Assembly (NCBI RefSeq): GCF_009831105.1
Contig: NZ_WUUQ01000001.1
Coordinates: forward strand, 150,001-182,000
Reading direction: 5' to 3'
Length of the DNA: 32,000 bases
From: Copranaerobaculum intestinale
Lineage (GTDB): Bacteria; Bacillota_I; Bacilli_A; Erysipelotrichales; Erysipelotrichaceae
Made by a program: the position numbers and the translations under genes. Below, piece by piece: positions 9,604 through 18,379 of the stretch (positions within the stretch are counted from its first letter, which is position 1; each line of letters begins with the position of its first letter). Under the pieces are notes generated by a model. That model was not told the DNA's origin. It made no database searches and saw nothing but the letters and a program-made list of their open reading frames with translations.

Positions 9604-10143
9604 TTACTGATATACCTCATCTTTTAATACTCCAACATAGGGGAGATTCCGATACTTCTGATCGAAATCAAGACCGAAGCCGACAACAAATTCATTCGGT
9701 ACTTCAAAACCGACATAGTCAGCCTTTATATCAACAACGCGACGATCCGGTTTATCCAAAAGGGATACAACCTTTACATCACGGGCACCTTTATTTTTCA
9801 GTAATTTTGTAACTTCCAGCAAGGTTCTGCCGGTATCTACAATATCCTCGACAAGCAGGATATCAATTCCTTTTACCGAACAGTCCAGATCTTTATCAAC
9901 ACGGATATCACCAATGGATTCAGTACCTTCATAACTCGATACATCCATGAAATCAAACTGAATATCCAGATCAATATGCTTCACCAATTCAGCTAAAAAA
10001 GGAACGCTTCCTTTCAGCAGGGCAACCAACAGCGGGGTGCTTTCTATTTTGCGATATTCATCGCTGATTTGTTTTCCGAGTTCTTCACAGCGGGCAATGA
10101 TCGCTTCCTGTGATACGAGAACTTTTTTGACATCCTTATGCAT
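9604..10143 (-). CDS. hpt: Hypoxanthine phosphoribosyltransferase
   Basis: The PRPP-binding motif LLVEDIVDTGRT is present. AGGAGGAG followed by 4 nt supports ATG 10143 (MHKDVKKVL...). The tilS-hpt-ftsH order is conserved in Bacillota. Confidence 0.95.
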   Translation of the reverse strand: MHKDVKKVLVSQEAIIARCEELGKQISDEYRKIESTPLLVALLKGSVPFLAELVKHIDLDIQFDFMDVSSYEGTESIGDIRVDKDLDCSVKGIDILLVEDIVDTGRTLLEVTKLLKNKGARDVKVVSLLDKPDRRVVDIKADYVGFEVPNEFVVGFGLDFDQKYRNLPYVGVLKDEVYQ

Positions 10144-10169
10144 ACGACTCCTCCTGATATACACATAAA

Positions 10170-11414
10170 TTATTTTAACACAAACAGATTCGGATTGTTA
10201 GAGAAATGTTCAATATCACACCCAATTCCCACAACAAAGATAATTTTCCCGTTTTTATTCTCAACTACCGGCCAGATTTCTCGCTGGGAAGCAGGTATTT
10301 TACGGTCGATAAACCATCGATTGAGCCGTTTCTTGCCAAATCGCAGCGAAATAGCATCACCTGGACGGGCATTTCGTATCGTTAACGGAAAATCACTTTC
10401 CGATACTGTTACACCATCGATCACCGTACCTGTTTTAACGGTGCGGAAATACGGAGTAGTCAAAATCGCAGGGCTGTGAACAATATAAGAATATCCTAGA
10501 CAGGATTGTTGGGTCAGAGAAATCATACCATACTCACAGCGAAGTGTATAATTTCCTACCCGGCAGGCATGATTTCCTTCCTTTTGCAGAAGCATCTGGC
10601 GGATATTTCGCAGCTGGGGTTCACTGACTTTGTAAATATCATGCATTTCCAGAAAACTGCGAAGCACATTCAAGCAAGTTCCTTCACTTAGTCTGTGCAG
10701 AAAATCCGAGGTACATTCTTGAATAAATTCCTCATGCAGCGCCATATTTCGTTCTTCCCGCTGCTTCCCGTGTTCATTGAACGCGGCAATTTCATTCACC
10801 ATCCGCTGCTTCTCATCATAAGTCAGTTTATCAATCACCTGATGCCGTATCTGATTGCGGGCATAATGATCGGTAAAGTTGCTTTCATCGTCATAATAAT
10901 GCACATGATGGCGATGGCAGTACTCCTGCAGCTCCTGCTTGGTATAGCCCAAAAGCGGCCTAACCACACGCAACCCATATAAGGTGATTTCCGGCTGAAT
11001 ACCGGCATATCGAATATGTGCACCGCGTTTTTTCTGAAGCAGATAGGTCTCCAAATGATCATCCAACTGATGCGCAACCATAACACCTTCACACTGATAC
11101 ATATCACAAATTTCACGGTAATATGCGTAGCGGAGCTGCCGTGCATAATTCTGAAAGTTGCACGACTTCGGAAACTCATCGACGATCTTGCAGGCAAAAG
11201 GTATACTGAAACGTTCACAGTAGCGCTGTACGCCGTTCATATCCCGATCCGCAGTGCTGCGCTTACGATAGTTTACATGCGCGGCAACGACAAAAATACC
11301 GTTAGAACGGCACATATCGAGCAGGGACATTGAATCGGCGCCTCCCGAAACTCCAATGACCCATCGCTTATTTTCTTTTTTGAAAGTTTTAAAGATATCC
11401 ATATCATCGTACAT
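10170..11414 (-). CDS. tilS: tRNA(Ile)-lysidine synthase
   Basis: The PP-loop VSGGADSMSL and a TilS C-terminal domain (GDAISLRFG.KRLNRWFIDRKIP) are present. The track start at 11537 overlaps pepD and is an extension. Start taken as ATG 11414 (MYDDMDIF...), alternative 11402. No clear SD for either. Confidence 0.88.
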   Translation of the reverse strand: MYDDMDIFKTFKKENKRWVIGVSGGADSMSLLDMCRSNGIFVVAAHVNYRKRSTADRDMNGVQRYCERFSIPFACKIVDEFPKSCNFQNYARQLRYAYYREICDMYQCEGVMVAHQLDDHLETYLLQKKRGAHIRYAGIQPEITLYGLRVVRPLLGYTKQELQEYCHRHHVHYYDDESNFTDHYARNQIRHQVIDKLTYDEKQRMVNEIAAFNEHGKQREERNMALHEEFIQECTSDFLHRLSEGTCLNVLRSFLEMHDIYKVSEPQLRNIRQMLLQKEGNHACRVGNYTLRCEYGMISLTQQSCLGYSYIVHSPAILTTPYFRTVKTGTVIDGVTVSESDFPLTIRNARPGDAISLRFGKKRLNRWFIDRKIPASQREIWPVVENKNGKIIFVVGIGCDIEHFSNNPNLFVLK

Positions 11415-11448
11415 TATAATCGAAAAAAAAGACTCTGACGAGCCTTTT

Positions 11449-12882
11449 TTACAGTTTTGACAGAAATTCACATAAGAAATGATAGGAGCGGTCAAATGAT
11501 GCCAAGTCCAGTTTTTCCATCGGTGTATGCACATCATACATGTCCATGCCCAGAGTCACAATATCCAGGTCTGGCAGCTTATCCTTCAAGATTCCGCATT
11601 CCAAGCCACCATGAACTGCTTCTAAAATTAGATCCGTACCGTACATATCATGATAAACCTCTTTCATGATCGACCGCAGAGCACTATTTTCAACATACTC
11701 CCAGCATGGATACCAGTTTGCGTCTTCACATTCAAACCCCAGCAAAGCTCCCAGCGTATGGCTTTCATCCTGCATATCCTTCACATATGAATCCAAAGCG
11801 CCGCGCATCGACACAGCCGCTTCAAAATGCATGCGGTCAAGCGTTACTACGCCGATATTTTCAGACGCTACCGTTAAGCCATCCATGTGTTCACTCTTAT
11901 GGCGGAGTCCGGTCGGATGCAGATACAGCAGCTTCACGATCGCTTCGCTGTCATTTTGATCGACAACCTCCTTTACCGGTTCAATCTGTCTTATTTCGAT
12001 TTGAAGTTCCCGATCGCTATACGCCAGTTCCTTTTGGATTGCTGCTGCCGTTTCCTTCACAATCGATGACAGATGTGAGAAATCCCCGTCATAGGCAAAC
12101 ACCGCTTCTGCAGTATGCGGAATGGCATTTACTTTAAAACCGCCCGAAAGAGAACTGAGCATTATGGTATTTTGTTTTTGAAGCACGTGGAGTACCCGCG
12201 CGATAATTTTCAAAGCGTTGCCTCGTTCCAAATGAATATCCCCGCCTGAATGACCTCCATACAGCCCAGATACACATAATTGGCAGCAATTTTGATTATT
12301 ATTTATCCAGTTTAGTTTACGATGAAACAGCACATCCATTCCCCCTGAGCTGGCAGTTGTGGATATTCCCTCATCGATACAGTCCAGATTTATCAAACGA
12401 CGCGCGTCCAGCAGCTTTGGATCAATCTGGAAAGCACCATTCATTGTAGATTCTTCTCCGGTTGTAAATACTGCATTGATTCTTGGATGCATAAGCGTAT
12501 CATCATCCAGCACTGCCATGATATAAGCAGCACCCGCTCCGTCATCGGCACCAAGCGTAGTTCCCCGTGCCTTCACAAAGCCGTCTTCTACATAAATATC
12601 CAATGGATCAGTTTCAAAATTATGAGTACTGTCACTGCTCTTTTCATTGACCATATCAATATGCGCCTGCAGCATCACCGCCGGGTGATCCTCATAGCCG
12701 CGGCTTGCCTCTTTATACACAATGACATTATTTGCCGCATCCTGAATAACCTTTCGTTTTCGCGTTTTCGCAAATTCAACCAAAAAATCACTGATTGCCT
12801 GTTCATTTTCTGAACCATGAGGGATCTTAGTCAAAGCCTCAAAAAATCTCTGATGCGGTTTCTTCTCATCCAAAATACTCAT
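11449..12882 (-). CDS. pepD: Aminoacyl-histidine dipeptidase (Xaa-His dipeptidase, peptidase M20C), copy 1
   Basis: 477 aa. PepD metal and catalytic motifs seen: HIDMV, ADDGAG, TTGEES, HGGLECG. GGAGGTG followed by 7 nt supports ATG 12882; the track start at 12891 is GTG inside the SD. Confidence 0.92.
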   Translation of the reverse strand: MSILDEKKPHQRFFEALTKIPHGSENEQAISDFLVEFAKTRKRKVIQDAANNVIVYKEASRGYEDHPAVMLQAHIDMVNEKSSDSTHNFETDPLDIYVEDGFVKARGTTLGADDGAGAAYIMAVLDDDTLMHPRINAVFTTGEESTMNGAFQIDPKLLDARRLINLDCIDEGISTTASSGGMDVLFHRKLNWINNNQNCCQLCVSGLYGGHSGGDIHLERGNALKIIARVLHVLQKQNTIMLSSLSGGFKVNAIPHTAEAVFAYDGDFSHLSSIVKETAAAIQKELAYSDRELQIEIRQIEPVKEVVDQNDSEAIVKLLYLHPTGLRHKSEHMDGLTVASENIGVVTLDRMHFEAAVSMRGALDSYVKDMQDESHTLGALLGFECEDANWYPCWEYVENSALRSIMKEVYHDMYGTDLILEAVHGGLECGILKDKLPDLDIVTLGMDMYDVHTPMEKLDLASFDRSYHFLCEFLSKL

Positions 12883-12930
12883 ATTGTTCACCTCCGGTAT
12901 TTTTCACGCTGGGCATCTTCAGTTTCTATA

Positions 12931-12959
12931 ATAATAGATTTGACAGATTTATCTGTAAA
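12931..12959 (-). promoter_or_regulatory. Putative sigma-A promoter of pepD copy 1 (TTTACA-17-TATTAT) with overlapping palindrome ACAGAT-AA-ATCTGT
   Basis: Minus strand reads TTTACA (12959..12954), a 17-nt spacer, then TATTAT (12936..12931). A perfect 6+6 palindrome at 12943..12956 overlaps the -35 and the spacer. Confidence 0.5.
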
Positions 12960-12974
12960 AAAGTCCATAAATGT

Positions 12975-13010
12975 AAAAGAAAACGGAAAACACCCCTGTT
13001 TTCCGTTTCT
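12975..13010 (-). terminator. Rho-independent terminator between the two pepD copies
   Basis: Minus-strand RNA forms AACGGAAAACA-GGGG-UGUUUUCCGUU followed by UUCUUUU. It lies about 35 nt after the stop of copy 2. Confidence 0.65.
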
Positions 13011-13043
13011 CATTGTAAGGATTCTCAAGAATAACCAACCCGT

Positions 13044-14477
13044 TTACAGTCTTGACAGGAACTTACACAGGAATGTATAGGTACGGTCGAATGACTCCAT
13101 GTTTAATTTTTCATCCGGTGTATGCACATCATACAGATTCGGACCCATGGTCACGATATCCAGATCATGCATTTTTTCTTTGAAGATGCCGCATTCTAAA
13201 CCGCCGTGGATTGCTTCCAGAATCAAATCTTTGCCGTGTACTTCTCTGTATACTTCATTCATTGTATCACGCAGTGGGCTTACATCCATGTAATCCCAGC
13301 AAGGATACCAGTTATCATCTTTGCAGGTAAAGCCAAGCAGCGAGCCTAAGGTTTTCAATTCATCAGTCATATCCTGAACGTAGGAATCCAGTGCTCCACG
13401 GATTGAAATAGCCAGGTCAAAACCCGCTTTCCCAGTTGTCACAACCCCGATATTTTCAGATGCTACCGTTAATCCATCCAGGTGATCGCTTTTGTGACGA
13501 AGTCCGGTCGGCATCAGATACATGAGATCAACGATCGCATCACTCGTTTTCTGATCCATCGCTTCCGCTGCTTTATCCACCGCTTTTATTTCGACACACA
13601 GCCCACTGTCTGTGTATTCCAATTCCTTTTTTATTTCGTCGATCACACGCTGTGCCGTTTCTTTTACTTTAGCCTCACCAGCTGTGGCAGCGAAAACCGC
13701 TTTTGCTTCACGAGGAATCGCATTGACCTTCAAACCGCCGCTGATTTCACAAAGTGTAATTGTTCCATCTTTCGCAAGATTATGCAGAATGCGAGCCGCA
13801 ATTTTGTTTGCATTGCCTTTTTCCTTATGAATTTCACCGCCGGAGTGTCCGCCGCTCAGGCCGCTGACCTTCAGCTCATAGCAGTCTGTGTCATTCTTTG
13901 TCCAGTTGACAGCACGGTGAAACAACACGTCGATTCCACCCGCACTTGCCGTATTGGATACATCTTCTTCCTCACCGTCAATATTGATCAGGCGGCGGGC
14001 ATCCAACAATTTTGGATCAACCGTAAAGGCACCGATCATGGTCGCCTCTTCACCGGTCGTGAACAGCGCATTCAAACGCGGATGTTCTAATGATTCATCT
14101 GCTAATACCGCCATAATATAGGCAACACCGGCTCCGTCATCACCACCCAGCGTTGTGCCGCGTGCTTTCAAATAACCATCTTCAATATAAATATCCAGAG
14201 GATCCTTATCAAAGTCATGATCACTGTCACCGTTTTTCTCATTCACCATGTCAATGTGTGCCTGCAGCATAACCGAAGGGTGGTCTTCATATCCCTTACT
14301 TGCCTCTTTATAGACAATGACATTGTTTGCTTCATCCTGAACAACTTCCAAATTCAATTCTTTCGCAAAATTCACCAGGAAATCACTGATTGCTTTTTCA
14401 TTTCCCGATCCGTGCGGGATCTTTGTCAATTCTTCAAAATATTTCTGATAGGGTTTATTCTGATCTAAAACGCTCAT
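13044..14477 (-). CDS. pepD: Aminoacyl-histidine dipeptidase (peptidase M20C), copy 2
   Basis: 477 aa. It is collinear with copy 1 over the whole length and carries the same motifs (HIDMV, GDDGAG, TTGEEA, HGGLECG). CAGGAGGT followed by 7 nt supports ATG 14477; the track start at 14534 is an extension. Confidence 0.92.
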   Translation of the reverse strand: MSVLDQNKPYQKYFEELTKIPHGSGNEKAISDFLVNFAKELNLEVVQDEANNVIVYKEASKGYEDHPSVMLQAHIDMVNEKNGDSDHDFDKDPLDIYIEDGYLKARGTTLGGDDGAGVAYIMAVLADESLEHPRLNALFTTGEEATMIGAFTVDPKLLDARRLINIDGEEEDVSNTASAGGIDVLFHRAVNWTKNDTDCYELKVSGLSGGHSGGEIHKEKGNANKIAARILHNLAKDGTITLCEISGGLKVNAIPREAKAVFAATAGEAKVKETAQRVIDEIKKELEYTDSGLCVEIKAVDKAAEAMDQKTSDAIVDLMYLMPTGLRHKSDHLDGLTVASENIGVVTTGKAGFDLAISIRGALDSYVQDMTDELKTLGSLLGFTCKDDNWYPCWDYMDVSPLRDTMNEVYREVHGKDLILEAIHGGLECGIFKEKMHDLDIVTMGPNLYDVHTPDEKLNMESFDRTYTFLCKFLSRL

Positions 14478-14500
14478 GTAAATACCTCCTGTATACGACC

Positions 14501-14529
14501 ATTGTCCCACAACAAATGAGAGTTGTAAA
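14501..14529 (-). promoter_or_regulatory. Putative promoter of pepD copy 2 (TTTACA-17-GACAAT, TGn extended -10)
   Basis: Minus strand reads TTTACA (14529..14524), a 17-nt spacer containing the dyad ACAAC-N8-GTTGT, then TGG-GACAAT (14506..14501). Confidence 0.35.
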
Positions 14530-14578
14530 GGCATACATTACAAATTTTATTTCTTGCATACAACCTTCAGAGAGAGGC

Positions 14579-14956
14579 TCATCGCTTTGCTGTTTTGGTA
14601 TAAAAAGACTGACACATTTTTAGAAAATCAGCTTCGCTCATCCCCTTGGCATTAGCTTCAGCAGCCAGCAGCTCCAGCTCACTCTCAAGCTTTTCTCGAT
14701 ACAGCATCGAACAGGAACCCTGCTGTTTCACTTTAGCGCCATGCCGGCGGTCAATTTCGATAAAGCCCTCCTGCTTCAAAACCGCATATGTCTTGTTGAC
14801 GGTCATCGCATTCACATGCAGGTCGTTGGCCAAAGCGCGCACGGTCGGCAGCGATTCGCCGTCTTTGAGGGTGCCGGAACCGATGGCCCGAACAATTTCA
14901 TTTCGCAGCTGGACATAGATCGGTATGTCGCTGCTGTAATCCAGATGAATCAACAT
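14579..14956 (-). CDS. GntR family transcriptional regulator, YtrA-like short subfamily
   Basis: 125 aa. The wHTH is ...IPIYVQLRNEIVRAIGSGTLKDGESLPTVRALANDLHVNAMTVNKTYAVLKQEGFIE... A short helical C-terminus is typical of YtrA-type regulators. Confidence 0.9.
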   Translation of the reverse strand: MLIHLDYSSDIPIYVQLRNEIVRAIGSGTLKDGESLPTVRALANDLHVNAMTVNKTYAVLKQEGFIEIDRRHGAKVKQQGSCSMLYREKLESELELLAAEANAKGMSEADFLKMCQSFYTKTAKR

Positions 14957-14958
14957 AT

Positions 14959-16335
14959 TTACTCACGCTCCCTACATAACTGATCCAACGCTTGATACAG
15001 CTTACTTGTTTCACCAGTATCATCATCATTAAATATAATGATACCGTCTGAAGTATAGGCGATAATAAATTGTTTATGACGGGACGCAATATACATTTTC
15101 ACACGTCCAAACGCATCGGTTTCATAATTGCCGGTGGCATAGATACCTGTATCAGTCCCGCCAACTCTTGTCATGTTACCCAATTTTTGACGAAGTTCAA
15201 CTTTTTGAATGGACGCCAGCGGTATTTCCTTTCCGTAGAATGGGCTGTCGATCTTGACCTTTTCACCGGTGATCGACACATCGACCAGCTTATGCTGATA
15301 ATCCAATACGGCAGGATAAGCAAAAATACCGATCATAAGGCAGGAAAGTCCCAGCACCACCGCACTGTAAAAGATCTTAACCGATGGTCTGCCGCTGTTC
15401 AGCGTCATACTGGAGTCAGAACCATTGTCTTTGAATACTTCCGGATCATTCGGATTGTTGTAGCAGGGACCTGCTATCCATCCGTATTTCCAGTAGTCAT
15501 CCTCGTCATCATATCGGATTGGATTTTTAATCGTCCGAATAATTTCCTGTCGGCTGCAATGATAGTGATAAAAAATCCATAAGGAAGATAACACCGTAAC
15601 AACTGCGAAAAACAGCAATACAAAAACAAGCCAAATCGGACCGTCTGCAGTTAAAACAGAAATTAAGGTGAACATCAAGGCGTCCCCACAAGCCAGCATT
15701 AACAGGACTAGACTAAATGTGCGCCGGCGATTTCGATTCAATCGAATATTCAAAACGGAATCCTCACAATAGGTGTGATTAGGGAGGCGCCGTATCGTCA
15801 CATATAAGCATGCCGGAATCACGGCAATGAGAAGAAGATAGCCATTGATGATGAAAGAACGCTTGGGACTCATCAGATAAGCACTTAAAGCGATAAGAAA
15901 AGGAATGACATACCAGATCGGACGTACGATGCTTTCCTTCATATGTGCCGCTATCGTAATATCAATTAGCTTTTGACTCCCGTTTACGATCGGCCATGAA
16001 CGCTCTTTTTTGAGTTCTTTCATGAGACGATTCGCTTTACGAAGCGGAAGCTCATAAAGCATGAGCATCACAAATATCAGCAAGGAGTACAGCAGAAGCC
16101 ACATATTCGGCAGGATAAGACGTGTCAAAGCCAGACCGGTGTTGATCCATAGAACAATTCGAAACTCTTTTCGAAACTGCTGATTAATTTCCTGTACCTG
16201 CGTATCTCGAGATTCCCATTCCGGAATGGATACCAGAAACATCTTGCCGCTGCGGTACTCCCCACTCTTACGCATAGACAAGTAAATACACAAATTAATA
16301 AACAAACAGACAATCGTAAACAGAAAATTCATCAT
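14959..16335 (-). CDS. Polytopic membrane protein (DUF5808-like loop plus C-terminal bacterial PH-like domain), co-operonic with GntR
   Basis: 458 aa with about 7-8 TM helices. The motif DYWKYGWIAGPCYNNPNDPEVFKDNG resembles DUF5808. The C-terminal ~100 aa soluble beta-rich domain (..VKIDSPFYGKEIPLASIQKVEL..) is bPH-like. AAGAGGTG SD is present. Its stop lies 2 nt from the GntR start. Confidence 0.8.
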   Translation of the reverse strand: MMNFLFTIVCLFINLCIYLSMRKSGEYRSGKMFLVSIPEWESRDTQVQEINQQFRKEFRIVLWINTGLALTRLILPNMWLLLYSLLIFVMLMLYELPLRKANRLMKELKKERSWPIVNGSQKLIDITIAAHMKESIVRPIWYVIPFLIALSAYLMSPKRSFIINGYLLLIAVIPACLYVTIRRLPNHTYCEDSVLNIRLNRNRRRTFSLVLLMLACGDALMFTLISVLTADGPIWLVFVLLFFAVVTVLSSLWIFYHYHCSRQEIIRTIKNPIRYDDEDDYWKYGWIAGPCYNNPNDPEVFKDNGSDSSMTLNSGRPSVKIFYSAVVLGLSCLMIGIFAYPAVLDYQHKLVDVSITGEKVKIDSPFYGKEIPLASIQKVELRQKLGNMTRVGGTDTGIYATGNYETDAFGRVKMYIASRHKQFIIAYTSDGIIIFNDDDTGETSKLYQALDQLCRERE

Positions 16336-16346
16336 ACATACACCTC

Positions 16347-16386
16347 TTTGTATTATTGATTATAATACAAATAATACATATGTCAA
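16347..16386 (-). promoter_or_regulatory. Promoter (TTGACA-16-TATAAT) with a perfect 10-bp inverted-repeat operator over the -10 (GntR-type GT..AC dyad)
   Basis: Minus strand reads TTGACA (16386..16381), a 16-nt spacer, then TATAAT (16364..16359). The inverted repeat TTTGTATTAT-N5-ATAATACAAA lies at 16347..16356 and 16362..16371. A third direct half-site TGTATTAT lies just upstream (16372..16379). Confidence 0.6.
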
Positions 16387-16412
16387 TAAAAAGTACTGTT
16401 CTCACAGTACTT
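16387..16412 (-). terminator. Rho-independent terminator after spoIIE
   Basis: Minus-strand RNA forms AAGUACUGU-GAGA-ACAGUACUU followed by UUUAUU. It begins 4 nt after the spoIIE stop. Confidence 0.65.
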
Positions 16413-16415
16413 GAA

Positions 16416-18293
16416 TTAATTTTTCGATTTTGTGACTTGTGCTAGGAGTATGGTTGAATCATCTTCACGGATCTGTTTTTTCAATATATCCATGAAGCAA
16501 TTAATTTGTTCCTTGGCAGAACCCTTTTCACGATTCTTCATCCAGCTCATGATCTCATCCATATAAACACCGTCTGAAGCCATCAGGAAAACATCCTCCT
16601 CCTGCAGTTCTACAATGAAGTAATCCGGCTCGCTTGAGGCAATAATGCCTACCGGCAGTGCACTGCTTGAAATTTCATGTAGGTCTCCCGCACGGATCAG
16701 ATAGGTCGGACATGCTGCTGCTTTTGAAATATATGCTGCACCCCGCATCCGGTCAAATGTAATCACATCAAGCGTCGCATATGTGTCACTTTGAAGCAGC
16801 CGATTAATACAGCAAATTGCCCGATCCTGAGCAATTCCGCTGGACATCATCCGCTGAAAAATATCAGTAATCAGATGAGATGCCTGTGCTGCTTTTGATC
16901 CGTGCCCCATCCCATCACTGATCATACAGACCACATTCTGACGATACCGATATATGGAAAAGCAATCACCGCTTTTATCACTGATGTTTTTTAAACTGTC
17001 AGCATAAGCATCAATATAATACGGAACGGCACTATCCAGTACAATGTGATGGCAGGCCTTATGGAATTTACGGGTTTGATCATCAGCAATGACCAAGCGG
17101 CTTTTTACAAGAACCTCCAAAAGCGGAATCAGCGTAGTCTTAATCTCATCGCGCTTGATATTTCGTATTGTGACTTCAATATGAATATTCCCGTTTTCCA
17201 TTTCCTCAAACAACAGATCCTCTACCTCATATTGATATCCTTCCAGCGCATCCAAAATTTTCAGCCGCCGATCATCATAATCTGTGTTCACCCGCATTTC
17301 GGCAGCCGTATATGAAAGAGCCTGTGACATATTTTGAAGCATTTCTCCCTGAATATCACTGGTTTCCATATAGAAATTAGACAGGGCATCAAAGATAGCA
17401 GAAAAATTATGTAATTTTAAATTCATATCTCGAAGCGCCAAATTCTGTGAAATAGAAATCGGCTCACGATCCTCGGCTAAAAAAGGTAACAGCCGCTCTT
17501 TATAAAGTAGAGTTAGGATCATCATGATGATGAAAACGGAAATTGCCGAGCTATTTGTCGCCAAAAACAGAGCAGCTATCGTAATAAAGATGAGCTGGAA
17601 TAGCTTTCTCCCCTGATAGATACTCAAGCAAGCCAGCAGAACCAGCCAGGGACCACCTATCGGAAATGGTGTCATCAAAAATTGAAACAGCAGAATCAGA
17701 CATACTTCTTCCCGATTCGAGCTGAGCGCTGCCAAGGTCAGGATCACGATTCCCGTACCAAATTGATAACCCTCTGGGATCCATGGCATGATCAAGAGAA
17801 ACAGCGCATACAGCAATAGCGGATATACCGCCTTGCTGATTGAGCAAGTCTTTTTTGTCCAATGATAACCGGTCTGCACAAGATAGGTATATAACGCGGT
17901 GAAGCCCAGAATAATCACACCTTCTCGCAATGTTACCGGCAATGCCAACAGATAAGGGATGCACAGCATCGTGCATAATCCGGTCAGCGCCTGATAAATA
18001 TTACGCTCCATAAACTTGATAATCTGTATGCAAAGACAAAATGCCGAAAACAATACGGCAAACATATACGCATTCACAACATTTACAGCCGTCCCCGCAA
18101 TGAGGATTCCTGCCATCGCATAAATCCATCCCCGCGCATTCTTCATAAAAGCGTAAGTCAAATATGGAAATACAAAACAGATCGTCCACGGATCAGGCAC
18201 TAATCCAATCAGCAGCGCCGGTACTAGGAAAGCAGCTTCATGCTTCGCTGCGATACTGTTTTGAATGGATTCTTTTTTCAAGAGGTGTTCCAT
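16416..18293 (-). CDS. spoIIE: Stage II sporulation protein E (membrane PP2C phosphatase)
   Basis: The N-terminal ~270 aa are polytopic, with about 9-10 TM helices. The C-terminal PP2C domain shows SGDCFSIYRY...MISDGMGHGSKAAQAS...MASDGVY. AAGGAGAG followed by 6 nt supports ATG 18293 (MEHLLKK...); the track start at 18383 would swallow its own promoter. Confidence 0.88.
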   Translation of the reverse strand: MEHLLKKESIQNSIAAKHEAAFLVPALLIGLVPDPWTICFVFPYLTYAFMKNARGWIYAMAGILIAGTAVNVVNAYMFAVLFSAFCLCIQIIKFMERNIYQALTGLCTMLCIPYLLALPVTLREGVIILGFTALYTYLVQTGYHWTKKTCSISKAVYPLLLYALFLLIMPWIPEGYQFGTGIVILTLAALSSNREEVCLILLFQFLMTPFPIGGPWLVLLACLSIYQGRKLFQLIFITIAALFLATNSSAISVFIIMMILTLLYKERLLPFLAEDREPISISQNLALRDMNLKLHNFSAIFDALSNFYMETSDIQGEMLQNMSQALSYTAAEMRVNTDYDDRRLKILDALEGYQYEVEDLLFEEMENGNIHIEVTIRNIKRDEIKTTLIPLLEVLVKSRLVIADDQTRKFHKACHHIVLDSAVPYYIDAYADSLKNISDKSGDCFSIYRYRQNVVCMISDGMGHGSKAAQASHLITDIFQRMMSSGIAQDRAICCINRLLQSDTYATLDVITFDRMRGAAYISKAAACPTYLIRAGDLHEISSSALPVGIIASSEPDYFIVELQEEDVFLMASDGVYMDEIMSWMKNREKGSAKEQINCFMDILKKQIREDDSTILLAQVTKSKN

Positions 18294-18320
18294 CAATATC
18301 TCTCCTTTACTGTAATTTGT

Positions 18321-18354
18321 ATTGTAAAGAAGATTTTTTACAAATTCTGTCGAA
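18321..18354 (-). promoter_or_regulatory. Spo0A-type spoIIE promoter: 0A box TTCGACA overlapping a -35-like TCGACA, 21-bp spacer, -10 TACAAT
   Basis: Minus strand reads TTCGACA (18354..18348; TGTCGAA on the + strand), a 21-nt spacer (18347..18327), then TACAAT (18326..18321), 27 nt upstream of the ATG. Confidence 0.45.
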
Positions 18355-18379
18355 TCATGTATGGCTTCTTTGTATATGA

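Noticed and set aside
10835-11218. Same-strand alternative-frame ORFs inside real genes: 10835..11218 in tilS, 17551..17976 and 18001..18189 in spoIIE, 21488..21862 in the spoIIQ-like gene, 25803..26075 in the ligase-like gene, and 30712..30996 in atpD
   Set aside because: They are out-of-frame overlaps with conserved genes. They have no independent initiation signals and their products are Arg/Cys/Trp-rich.
11415-11448. TATAAT immediately fused to the tilS ATG (TATAATG) plus a weak hairpin after pepD, considered as a leaderless tilS promoter
   Set aside because: The -10 would overlap the start codon it is meant to serve. There is no -35, and the hairpin is only 5 bp with a G-U pair. Read-through from pepD is the simpler explanation.
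11706-15582. Antisense ORFs of 100-200 aa inside pepD1 (11706..12137), pepD2 (13482..14090) and the membrane protein gene (15070..15582). The same applies to 23125..23667 in the AraC regulator and 8552..9047 in ftsH.
   Set aside because: All lie wholly inside strong opposite-strand genes and lack SD or promoter signals. Their compositions are biased (Cys/His/Arg/Phe-rich), typical of shadow ORFs.
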